Assembly (NCBI RefSeq): GCF_009914755.1 | Contig: NC_060932.1 | From: the human T2T-CHM13v2.0 reference genome, Homo sapiens | Direction: 5' to 3' (one strand) | Length of the DNA stretch: 64,000 nt | Part shown: in pieces, positions 1 through 12,520 of the stretch | Layout: each line of letters begins with the position of its first letter | How positions within the stretch are numbered: the first letter of the stretch is position 1 | Translations under genes and position numbers: made by a program | The notes under the pieces: generated by a model | What the model was told of the DNA's origin: nothing | Databases searched by the model: none | What the model saw: the letters and a program-made list of their open reading frames with translations, nothing else

Positions 1-544
1 CCCCGCATATTAATGTCTGGGTCACACCAAATGTGAGTTTCAATGAAGCATTCATTGTGCATTAACAAAACAGTCACATAGGGGCTGCTGTCAGCCAGTG
101 AAAAGAAACACTAAATCCATTGATTGAACTCAACATGCTGACAGAAAAGCATGTTGAAATAGAAAAAGTGTAAGAAGAAAATCAATTCAACCAAAACAAA
201 TGTCCCTAATCAAATAGGAAGCTTGACTTTCAGCAAAGTAGTTTCAGGAATATGAGCATATGATTTGCCCCATCAATCATATCATCTGTCTATCAACCCT
301 ACATCCTCACCTTAGGCAGTACAGAGCACCGGATTCTTCAAAGGAAGAAGAACAACTGTCATTATATGTGAAGTAACTCATGCAATGTTACACACAAATT
401 GAAAAGAGGAAACTATTTCTGTGAATGCTGTGTGGTTAACTAAATATGTATTTCTTTCTGAAGATTTGTCTTCGTTGGCAACATTGTTCTTTTTCATTTG
501 CTTGTTTTGTTGGCTTGTTTGAAGAGAGATTTTTTTCTTTCTTT

Positions 545-890
545 CTTATTCATACATTTATTGAAGTGTAACAAGCCAAAAAGCGCACAGATCGTGAATG
601 TCTAACTCTATGAATTTTTACAAAGTGAACCGCCACACAGATCAACACTTAGACAATTACCAACACCCCAAAGCCTTCTTGTACCTTCTCCCAGTCACCA
701 TCCTCTCCTCCCATCTTGCCAAACTATCAGTTTTACATCTTCTTTAAAGTTTTTTTGTAAATGAAATCATACTATATATAACATTTTGTTCAACATGATT
801 TTGGTGAAATGTATTCATGTTATTGTTTGTAGTATTGTTTCATTTACTTCAATTTCTACATAGAATTTATAGTGTATAAACACAAGTAGG
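545..890 (-). mobile_element. Ancient L1M (L1MC/ME-like) 3' UTR fragment
   Basis: Resembles reverse-complemented L1M 3' end (tttattgaagtgtaa...tctatgaatttttacaaagtgaac...aatgaaatcatactatata); highly diverged. Confidence 0.6.
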
Positions 891-917
891 GGATGATTAA
901 CATTTCTAAATTCTTGA

Positions 918-1925
918 AATTTTTATTAAGATAATTGTGGATACACATGTGGTAGGTAGTACAAAATAATATAAAGAGATTACATGTATTATTTACCTAG
1001 TTTCCCCGAGTGGTAACATCTTGCAAAACTATAACAATCAGGACATTGACATGGATACAACCTACCAGCCTCGTTAAAACTTTCCCTGTTTTATTCGTAT
1101 TTTGTATGTACATTTGTGCATGTAGCTCTGCACAAATACGTCACATGTCTCGGCTCCTGAATCCACCGCCATAGTCAATGCAGGGCAGCTCCATTCCTTC
1201 CAAATTCTCTGGTGCTCTTCCCTTAAAATCACACTCATGCCCCTCTTGCTACACCCCCTTCACTGTCCCTAACCCCTGGCAACCACTAATCAGTATCCAT
1301 CTCTAAATTATTCATTTAAAAAAATCATACAAATGAAATCACAGTGTTTAACAACCTGGGATTCGATTTTACTTAGCTTAATTCCTGGAAGATTTATCCC
1401 AGTTGTTGTTTATACCAATAGTTTGTTCCCTTTTATCGCTGGGTAGTATGTCATGTTGTGGATATACCACAGCTTGCTTAATTAACCACCTGGTAAAGGG
1501 TATTTGGACTGATACTAGTTTTGGCAGATGACACCTAAAGCTGCTTTGAATATGTGTGTGCAGGTTTCTGTGTGAGCATAAATCTTCATTTACCTGAGAT
1601 AAAAGCGCAAGAGGGCAATAGCTGCATTGTGAAATCATGTTGAGTATTTAAAGAAACTACCAAATTTTTCCCCAGACTGTTTGTACATTCCCACCAGCAG
1701 TGTGTGAGCACCCCAGATTCTTTGTATTCTCAATAGGCATTCGGTGTTGTCGGCATTTTTCCACACTTTAACAGCTACGTGCATTTAACTAATGGGTAAT
1801 GATGTACAACATTGTCTCATGGGTTTATTTGCCATTTATACGTCTTCTTGAATGAGAGGTCTCTCTTTTCCTCCTTTTAAATACTGAAAACTCTCTTGAT
1901 ATATTGTAGTACAGATACCAGTCCT
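918..1925 (-). mobile_element. L1MD-like 3' end fragment
   Basis: tttccccgagtggtaacatcttgcaaaactata...caggacattgacatggatac and acattcccaccagcagtgtgtgag are typical antisense L1MD 3' UTR/ORF2-end motifs. Confidence 0.75.
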
Positions 1926-2051
1926 TGTCAGAAATTAGCAGTTTTGATTTAAATATAGTCAATTTTGGTTCCACATGCAATTACAACAAATTATATTCCA
2001 TAAGTATTAGTTGCAGGGCTTTCTATATATCAAGTTTGGAATCTGGCTTAG

Positions 2052-2288
2052 TTCCTTCCTTCATTCCTTCCTTCCTTCGTTCCTTCCTTCCTTCATCCCT
2101 CCCTCCTCTCCCTCCCTCCTTCCTTCTTCCTCTCTCCTTCCTTCCTTCCCTCCCTCCTTCTTCCTCTCTCCTTCCTTCCCTCCCTCTCTCCCTCCCTTCT
2201 TCCTCTCTCCTTCCTTCCTTTCCCTCCCTCCCTCCCTTCCTTCCTTCCTTCTTCCTTTCTTCTTTCCTTCCTTCCTTCCTTGCTTTCT
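2052..2288. repeat. Polypyrimidine (CCTT/CCCT)n low-complexity tract
   Basis: About 235 bp almost purely C/T on the + strand. Confidence 0.95.
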
Positions 2289-2559
2289 GTTATCATTCCC
2301 TAAGATAAGTGAATATATAAAAGAAAAATATGTATCTTAAGTCAAATTCATGGTTTTGGGTAGAAGAAGGAAGAGGAAAGTAAACATACTGTTTTAATAT
2401 TACACAGTTAAAGAAGAATGTGGGCATAGCCGTTAGTTTTTCCCTACATGTTAATACACACATGGCACTTGGTTCACATGCAAAACGAGTCGAGGAGAGT
2501 GTTTTCCCTTCTCCCTTTGGGATTACAGGTGATGTCAGCACCCTGCTCATCTGTGTTCC

Positions 2560-3700
2560 CCACTTTACACCCCTTTCACTTTGAGACTTATGCCACCATG
2601 CAACATGACTCTACTGCTGTCCATCATCGTCCTCTCCCTTCTTGTAGCCCCTGGCTTGTTGTCATTGCTCCCTGTGGGCAATCTGATAATGCTTGTAAAG
2701 TGACTCAAGGGTTCTTGGCTCTTTTAACCCAATAACTTTTCTCTCCACTCTACTGCAAGGTATAACATCAAGGTGCAAGGTATGAAATCACTGGTCATAC
2801 CTTGCACCTTCCTACTCTTTATCATAACAAACTTAAGCACCTAACCCCTCTTGCTGACCACACTGCAACATCTTTTAACTATTATAAGTGTGTACTTTCT
2901 GAAACACACTTCCCAATTCTTGGGGACCTCTACTAATGATTTTGTCACATTTTTACCCAGCCTGGACAACATGATTGGTACTCTGCTATTCTGTCTTTCC
3001 AGCACCTTAACTGTGTTAAAGTCTACTACCAATCTGTCCCATCTCTGACAAAACTCCAACTTGAGATCAATCCAACCATCCACTCTCTATCTTCCTGTAT
3101 GTGTGCACAAGAAAGATGATGAAGAACTTGCTGATTTATACTGACATATATATATATAAAATTTCCAGACTCACACTAGACACATGGTGCCACATTTTTT
3201 TCCTGAATTATAGTCAGTGTATTTTTCCTATTGCCATTTGTTATTGCCCTAAGTCGTCATCATTTTTCTCAAGCCCATTCCCAGCCCTTATTTCTTCTGT
3301 TCTCAGCAGATAACTTTATTCATAAGTATAAGGGGGAAAACATTTAGGGCAGTCAAAACATGAAATACCTGCCTCTTAAAATCTCCTAAGTTTTTTTTTT
3401 ATTCTTTTCATGTCACCAGTCATCGGCCACTAGAAGTAACTGTTGGGGGAGTTTATTTTCCTCGTACTTCTTTGATGTTTTTCACACCACTGTTTTCTCC
3501 CCATTTCCAACCTCTCAGCTGAACACTGATTATCTCACACCCACCCCACCAAAGTAGGCTCCTAACTCTGTCTCCTGGTTCTGGCATTTCATCTCCCCTA
3601 GACATTCGACTTGATTTTAACTTACTAAAAACGTAATTGTCATGTAAAAAATTCTTACACATTGAAAAGACTTATACTGTCTATTCAACTACTTTAGACA
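2560..3700 (+). mobile_element. L2 relic (diverged)
   Basis: Pyrimidine-rich L2-like motifs (ggtcataccttgcacctt; ttatctcacac...ctcctaactctgtctcctggttct); boundaries approximate. Confidence 0.45.
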
Positions 3701-4214
3701 TACCTCTCAGTCGATATATTTAATTTCTTAAGTTCTATACTGAACTTCGCTTTAATTTAATCTTATATTACTTTGTTCATTTGCATGAAACAGTCAGCAA
3801 GCACACTGCCATATTCCACACAAAGTTCTTCAATCAAATGTCAAATCAGGTTTATGTTTATTACTCATTTTGGAATTTAAGCCTGCTATGTGACAGTTAT
3901 ATTTATGAGAAGAACTGTAATTACAGCTTATTATAGTTATTTTAAAGCTAATTAACTTACAAAAATTTCATACAGTAAAAGCACTTTTTATTTTTAAATT
4001 TTTATGTTATTTTATAATTATTTAAAACAAAAGAACTTTTGTTCCTCTTTCTGGTTTTTAGAACTATTTTGGCTTGCTAACACTGAGATATTATTTCTTT
4101 AAAACAAAGAAGCAAGCAATATTGTTGCCCTTTGCAACTGGTTATCTGTTTGAAACAGGATTTTCAAAATAATAATACCTGAAAAATAAAATAGATACTG
4201 GCTTTGATTAAATA

Positions 4215-5301
4215 CAGTAGGTGCTCAAATGAAGTCATTTTGTTGAATGTCATTTCATTATAACAATGATGAAGAAGATAGATTCCTAGCAGGGGTGGTG
4301 TCTGTATGGGTGTATCAGTCTACTCTCACACTGCTATGAAGATATTATCCAAGACCTAGAGACTGGGTAATTTATAAAGAAAGGAGATTTAACTGACTCG
4401 TATTTCCACATGGCTTGGGAGGCCTCAGGAAACTTACAATCATGGTAGAGGGTGAAAGGGAAGCAAGGCACGTCTTACATGGCAGGAGGAGAGAGCATGT
4501 GAGGGAGGAAATGTCAAACATAAAACCATCAGATCTAGTAAAAACTCCTTCACCATTATGAGAACAGCATGGGGGAAACTGCCCCCATGATCCAAACACC
4601 TCCCTCAACACATGGGGATTATAGAGATTACAATTAGAGATGAGATTTGAGTGGGGACACAGAGCCAAGTCATATCAATCAGGTTGGCATGCTCCCCATG
4701 TCTGCCTGGACTTGCTCCCAGGTTTTCTCCCACATCCCAAAGCTGTGCATGTGAGGTTTATTGGCATTAGCTAATGAGCTGGTTGGAAAAGGAATGAATG
4801 AATGAATATAAATCGTCAAATAAAAATGTTTCAAGTATATGATAATCATACAAATGCAGGACAATAAACAATGCAATAGCAAAGTGCTCAGGGAGCTGTC
4901 ACATGTGTAAATGTTTTTGACCTCTCTCGGGGGAAGAGGTTTTCCTGACAATGTTTTCTTGGCAAACAAACATTTATTTATCCCTTGATGTAACCAACCT
5001 GCACCCCTATGAATGTCACTCATCCATCCACCAAAAATTTGGTAAACAGTAATCTTTCTTGTCTTCATTAATCTTTCTTAAAAGTGTGTATAGTTCACAT
5101 TTACTTAAATGTTTAATATTAGGAGTGTTTTGGTCTTTATGCAGAAGTTTGGTCTTGCTTTTTGTGAGCAGAAATATGCTTAGGAACTTAACTCTTGTTT
5201 ATATCAATTAGCCTAAGGGGAAATTGGTTTTGGTATACAGAGTTTTACTTGAAGTCACAGTTTCCAAAGACCTATTAATGATGTTAAGTGGGAACTTACT
5301 A
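4215..5301 (+). mobile_element. MER6 (TcMar-Tigger non-autonomous DNA transposon), interrupted by a THE1 LTR
   Basis: TA-flanked ends cagtaggtgctc... / ...gttaagtgggaacttacta; internal ctccccatgtctgc...ctcccacatcccaaagctgtgc, gaatgaatgaatgaat and taggaacttaactcttgtttatatcaattagcc match the remembered MER6 consensus. Confidence 0.8.
4311..4677 (-). mobile_element. THE1C/D-like MaLR solo LTR
   Basis: Reverse complement begins TGATATGACTTGGCTCTGTGTCCCCAC and ends ...GATACA; gagactgggtaatttataaag and ggcctcaggaaacttacaatcatgg are diagnostic. Confidence 0.9.
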
Positions 5302-6034
5302 TACTTTAACATTCATCAAAACATATAGTTACACAACTAGTCTTGGTTTCTTTAACACAGCTCAATTTTTCCCCAAGTTGACTCTATAGTACATATTGTT
5401 CTGATTTAAACTTAAAAATAATGTTATCCTAATGAAACACTAAATAAATCTATTTTTGATAGAGGAAAATATAATTTTATTTTGGAGAAATAAGCCATCA
5501 TATTGTAGCTGCCTGCCTTTTTTGCCCCCAAGCCCTGCAGTGTAAAACTCTGTCATCTCCCAGGCGTGTTCAGCTCCAGCCATATTTATTTTTCCCCATT
5601 CTCCAGAATGATGGCATTTCTCCGTTCCCAGGGCTTTGCAAACCCTGAAATCCTTGTATGGACTGTCAACTCTTCCTGCTAAGCTAAGAGTCTTTGAAGA
5701 CTCTGAGGATTCTCGCTGGGCATTTCTTAGCCTCTTGAAGCCAGATTAGGATTTTTGCCTCTAGGTCATCACAGAATCCTTCACGTAATTCAGTTTCACA
5801 GACAACTGCTTCAACCTCCACCTTCTTTCAAATTCTGAGCTCTGTGGGTGCAATTTTATGTCTCTTGGCCACTTTATCCCTAGTCTCTAGTAAATAACAT
5901 AAACATTTTAAAAATAAATCAATAAATAAAAATATAAATTAATCTACACTGTATTCATTATACAGCTACATGTTTAAATTTTATAGGAATATTTCCAAAT
6001 AATGATGTAAATCTTAGTGTTATGTTAGGCAGCA

Positions 6035-6197
6035 TACCAAGGGCTTAACATTTGGAATTCTGTGATGGCTCTGTCATTAATTCACGTGTGATTTTAGCTA
6101 AATCATTTTATCTGTATTCCAGGTTCCTCATCTATGAAACAAGAGAATTGTATTAATCCAACTTGAAGGAACTCTTCAGACCTAAAATTCTGTGATC
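6035..6197 (-). mobile_element. MIR/MIR3 fragment
   Basis: ggttcctcatctatgaaa core and aaattctgtgat tail. Confidence 0.55.
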
Positions 6198-6617
6198 TTT
6201 TGCACAGATTTCAGTGAAGATACTGCTGTCTCACATTGATATGTCTGGTTGCAGTCAGTATCAATGTTGAACTGAAATCAACAGTGATTATTTCTCCAAT
6301 TTCAAGTATGTGAAGCGGTTAACCCAAAATGAAGGAAATGATATGTGATTATGTATTTGTTCCTGCCTTACAACTAGGGCACTTTGTGAGTACCTTTAAC
6401 TCTTTGAGAGTGTAACTAAACTCTTTCCAATGCAAATGTGTCAGTGTTCTTGAAAGCTTAATGACAACCATAAGATACAGTAACTTTATGATGTTTTGGT
6501 TACTTGTGATTTTACTGTGTAGACAAGAACAATTTCATCTCTGAACAAATCTTCCCTTTGCACCTTGCTAAATGGTTCAATAGTTCTATTCTAATCTACG
6601 TGAAATACATGTGTTAA

Positions 6618-6762
6618 GGGCTGGAGGTGATGACTCATGCCTGTAATCCCAGCACTTTCGAAGGCTGAGGTGGGAAGACTATTTGAGTCCAGGAGTTCAA
6701 GACTAGCCCGCGCAACATAGCGAGGCCTTGGCTCAACCAAAATACAAATGCAAAAACAAAAC
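6618..6762 (+). mobile_element. FLAM (free left Alu monomer)
   Basis: Left monomer only (ctcatgcctgtaatcccagcactt...caggagttcaagactagcc) followed by an A-rich tail. Confidence 0.85.
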
Positions 6763-7192
6763 AAGAGATGGATAAAACCTATCTCTGACTCTGAAATCTT
6801 TCATCAACATAACCCACTGAAATTCCCATGTTGTTGTGTGTATCAGTAGTTTGTTTTTGGGAGTAATGATTATAGTTCTCTTATAAAAATATACATGTGT
6901 TTTTCCAATTCCCTGTCAAAGAATATTCACAATGTTTCTATTTTGGCAATTATGAATAGAGTTACTATAAACATTCACATGGTGTAAAATTTTTCTAGGG
7001 TAAATACTTAGGAGGTGGATTTCTGGGCCATATGATTGATGTATATTTACCATCATATGAAACTACCAACCTATCTTCCAGAATGGCGGTACCACTTGGC
7101 TTTTCCGCTTGCAATCTCAAAGGTTACATAGAACATACATCCATTGGTGTGACATTCTCACACCCCAAAATTACAAGGTTAAATAATAAATC

Positions 7193-7487
7193 AGCCAGGC
7201 TTGGTGGCTTACTCCTGTAATGCCAGCACTTTTTTGAGGCCAAGGTGGGCAGATTACTTGAGGTCAGGAGTTCGAGACCAGCCTGACCAACATGATCAAA
7301 CTCCATCTCTACTAAAAATATGAACATTAGCCAGGCTTGGTGGCAGACATCTGTAATCCCAGCTACTTGGGAGACTGAGGCAAGGGAATGGCTTGAACCT
7401 GGGAAGCAGAGGTCGCAGTGAGCCAAGACCGTGTCACTGCACCCTGGGCAACAGAGCGAGACTCCATCTCAAAAAAAAAAAAAAAAA
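7193..7487 (+). mobile_element. AluS (Sx/Sz-like)
   Basis: Full dimer with poly(A) at 7471-7487. Confidence 0.95.
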
Positions 7488-7489
7488 GG

Positions 7490-7682
7490 TGAATCAGTAA
7501 GTAGTTCAGGGTTTAAGTTGGGGGAGCCTGTTACCACAAAGGGATACTACAGTATTTTGAAGTGAAGGGAATGTTCTGTGTTCTGATTTTGCTGGTGGTT
7601 ACACCAATCTATACATGTATTTGCAGTCATAGATCTGTACACACAGAAAGTTCTACTTTACTGTATATCACTTAAAAATAAT
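7490..7682 (+). mobile_element. L1ME-like 3' end fragment
   Basis: ggaatgttctgtgttctgattttgctggtggttacac...ttactgtatatcacttaaaaataa. Confidence 0.55.
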
Positions 7683-9791
7683 TTGTTCAAACCTGAAGAA
7701 AAATTCTGCATGTGTCACGAAGCTGTCAAAATACAACACTAATAAAATGTAGCACCTGCAATATGAGATGCCTGGATTTTATGGCTATGTACCTGAATTT
7801 TAAAAAAGGGGGAGATGTGCTAAACCTTTAATATACTCATTACAGTTGAAAATTTGGCAATGGAAACGTAAAGCCTGCCCTTAAGATAAAAACTTGCCTA
7901 AAACTGAACTGCTTTGTAGTCTTTATGTTCCTTTAATGTCCATGAATGGCATAAATTGTTCAGAATGTGGAGAAAACAGAGTTACTTAATTGTATGATTT
8001 AAGTGACTACTTGCCTTAATTGGGTAGACACAGGGTGAGCTGGAGATTAATAAGGATAAGTAAAGACACGGTACTATCTTTTCAGGCACCTGGGTACCTG
8101 GGCAGAGTCATTCCTCTTGAGGATGGAGTAAAATACCAGTAATGAGTTTCAGAGATGTGTTGATAAATATCTCTGGTACAAATTGGCAGCTGCAAAGCAG
8201 CCAGGGGCAGAGGTAGAAGTCAACTCAGTTGTTTGATAAGCCAAACCAGAAGGAATTTAAGCTCTGGAAGGCCATACTTGCACTCTTGGGTCTCTCACAT
8301 ATCTTCAGATACAGTATTGAGTAGGTACTGAGAGCAAGTAAAGTGAGTTACAGGTTCTCCACCTACCCAGCACCTAGCCGGGCTCCCAGGACATGGTAGT
8401 TACAGATTCCATGTTTATTTATATGATGTGTACCACTGCAGAGGGCCAGGGCAGGTGGAAAAGAGCAGGAATCTGATTTATAAATCAAGCTGACTGAAAA
8501 ATAAGTCAAGGGAGTGCTTTCATTGAATAAATAATCATATTATTAAATACAATGTTAAAACTGAAGATAATTCATACATATACTGAAGTTACTATCATTT
8601 CCCCACTGGCATCAACATGAAATTAGAACAAGCTTTAGATTTCATTTACTTTGACTCATGCACACGCCTCACTCAAGTATGGCAGACTTTATTTACTGTG
8701 CTGAAATCCATTACAGCCAGGTGGCACAGAAGATGATGTGACTTAACATCAATCATTTACAATTGCTATTTTAAATTCACTAAACATTATCTGAATTATA
8801 AATTGTTCACGTGCGGAACTGCGTGAAAAAGATGTAATCCAAACCTCTTGATCTTGCAGATCTAAGGGGAAAATAAAAGTTGACTAAAGCCCAACGTGAT
8901 GCTACTTTACAGATTTCCTTTACTGAGTGCAGCCCACACTACTTAAAAGTATATGGACTGCCAGTCCTCATGACATGCAGATCCTTTTTTCCTTCCCCCT
9001 CTGTGTAAAACACAAGTATCAGGCCTGATAATGGCACAAGAAGCTACCAGAAGACACTGCTAAAATGTGATAGGAGAAAGACAAGCTGGCCTGGGACCGA
9101 AGACCAGAGAAACAGCAGAGCATGGAGTGACTTGTGGCCGATCACAAACAGAAGGCCACTCCGACTTGCTGTTTTCCACCCCTGACCAGGCAACAGAAGG
9201 ACCCCAGCAAGCCCGTTCCTTCTCCAGATGCAACTGTGACCCGTCTGACTACCAGACTACGCAGCACCACAGCAAATAAAATGGATGTAAGAGCCACACC
9301 AACAACAAACATCCAAGGAAGGCTTCATGTTCCTTGTGGTCCCAGGGCTGCCTTGTCGAAGAAAAATTATCTAAGAAGGCAGAACCTGCAAGAGGGATGC
9401 AGCTATATAAATGATCTCACCTGGGGAGGCCCTTCGTCCCAGTAGGTGTGAGACTGAGTCTCTTCCCCACCCAGACACAGCGGTAGAGTGGGCGGAATAG
9501 GTGACGGGGCACTGCAAAGAGTGGTCCCTCCGACCTCCCTCATCGCCTCACCAACATCTCCCCAAGCCCACCCAACCCCCTGCACTCCAAGCCTGGGAAA
9601 TCCTTCTGCCCCCTCAGCCAGCACCAGCAGAAAGCAGTGGAGACTCCTTGGGCACTAAAGGCACTGAGCAGATAAAAGTAAACCCTTGAAGCCTCCAATA
9701 GTCAAATTATCATTGGAACCTCCTCCCCAGCCCACAAAATAGGCTGAGACCCACATGCCAAGCCTAAACAAGGTACTTGCTTGCTAAAATA

Positions 9792-10209
<418 letters not shown>

Positions 10210-10631
10210 TAAAAAATATAAATAGTACCTAGCAATACCTAACATGACACACAAAAGAGCTGGGACACAATCATCACACCAAGAGCCAAGGAAATCACGG
10301 CTTGAATGATGAAAGACAATCAACCAACCCCAACAGAAATGAATCAGAGGGTGGATTTTAAAGCCAGGTCGCTTAAAAATGCTTCAGTGATCATTTACAA
10401 ATTATCTGCAAACAGATGAAAAAAAACGATAAATCTAAGTAAAGAAATAAGTTATAAAAATGAACTAAAAGGAAATTATGGAACTAAAAATAACAGAAGA
10501 GAAAACTAAAAATAGCTAGATTTGCTTAATATTAAAATTGAAATGAGCAATAATAGAATCAGTGAACTTGAGATCAATGGAATTCTCCTACACTAAACAA
10601 CAGAGACAAAACAGACTACAAATGGAAAAGG

Positions 10632-11021
<390 letters not shown>

Positions 11022-11429
11022 TTATCATTAGAATTCCAAAAGGAGACGAGCTAGATGATGGTGTTGAAATTATTTAAAAAAATAATTGCTGAAAACTTAC
11101 CAAATTTGGCAAAACACATGAATTTATAGACCCAAAAAAATCTAAGTTAACCTCTCAAAAATAAACCTAAACAAATCCATTCCAAGACACATCTAATCCA
11201 AGTTTTAAAAACTAAAGACAGAAAAAACAACCAAAAAGAAACAAAATGTTACCTACAGGATAAAACTACTTCAATGACAATGATTTTCCCATTTGGGATC
11301 ATGGAGGCCAGAAGGAAGAACTGACAACCACAAATTCTATATTCAGTGAATCTATCCTTCAGAAATAAAGGGAACTTAAAAAAATTATCAGGCGTATAAT
11401 TTGTTTTTGCAAATTAAGAGTAGGTGGTA

Positions 11430-11735
11430 GGCTGGGGGCAATGGCTCATGCCTGTAATCCCAGCACTTTGGGAGGCCGAGGTGAGCGGATCACAAGGTCA
11501 GGAGATCGAGACTATCCTGGCTAACATAGTGAAACCCTGTCTGAACTAAAAATACAAAAAATTAGCCAGGCGTGGTGGCAGGCACCTGTAGTCCCAGCTA
11601 CTAGGGAGGCTGAGGCAGGAGAGTGCTTTGAACCCAGAAGGCGGAGCTTGCAGTGAGCCCAGATTAGCCACTGCACTCCAGCCTGGGCAACAGAGCGAGA
11701 CTCCATCTCAAAAAAAAAAAAAAAAAAAAAAAAAA
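11430..11735 (+). mobile_element. AluY-like
   Basis: ggagatcgagactatcctggctaac and ggagcttgcag; TSD agagtag(g/t)tggta at 11417-11429 and 11737-11749. Confidence 0.93.
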
Positions 11736-12039
11736 CAGAGTAGTTGGTAGACCTGCCCTTAATGGTTGGCTCAAGAACATTCTTCTTGAAAAGAAATGAA
11801 GGAGAAAAGAAAAGAAACTTTTACCTGTGTTTTCAAAAGAGAAAAAACAAGAGGAATCTATACAATATAAACTGGACTATTTTGCTTACCATGAGTTCCA
11901 TAAATCTTACTTAATGATTGAAACAACAATTAGAACAGCGTCTGGTACTTCAGATAATAATTTCAAAAAGTTGAAGGGGTAAAGGGCCCTAAATGCAAGT
12001 GCAGTTTCCATACTTCAGGTGGTAAATGTTTGCATTAGT

Positions 12040-12520
12040 TGTAGTAAGATAAATAATGGCCTCACTCCTGTCCAATCCTGCTCTCACTCTAATCCCTCAA
12101 ATCTGTGAAACTTACTTTTCAGATGAAAGATTTTGCAAATGTGATTAAGTTAAGGATCTAAATGTGGGGGACTGTCCTGAATGATGTAGGTGGGCCCTAA
12201 ATGCCACCACTAGTATCCACATAAGAGAGAGGCAGAGGGAGATTTCAGGCAGAGAAGATGGTCTCGTGACTCTGAATTCAGAGAGTGGGTTGATGTGGCC
12301 ACAAGCCAAGGAACACCAGCAGCTGCCCTAAGCTGGAAGAAGAAAGGGATGAATTCTTCCCCAGGGCCTTTGGAGTGATTACAGCTCTGCCCACATGTTG
12401 ATGCTGGCCTAGAAAACCTGACTTGGACTTCTGGTTTCCAGAACTGAGAGTACAAATTTCTGCTGTTTTGAGCCACCAAGTTTGTGGAATATTCTATAGT
12501 AACAGTAGGAAATAAATGTA
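12040..12520 (+). mobile_element. MLT1C/D MaLR solo LTR nested in the L1 ORF1-ORF2 spacer
   Basis: gattttgcaaatgtgattaagttaagg, ccacaagccaaggaa, gacttctggtttccagaactgagag; 5-bp flanks ttagt/tcagt. Confidence 0.85.

Noticed and set aside
1925-2340. Pro/Ser/Leu/Phe-rich and Glu/Gly/Arg-rich ORFs
   Set aside because: Translations of the (CCTT)n tract.
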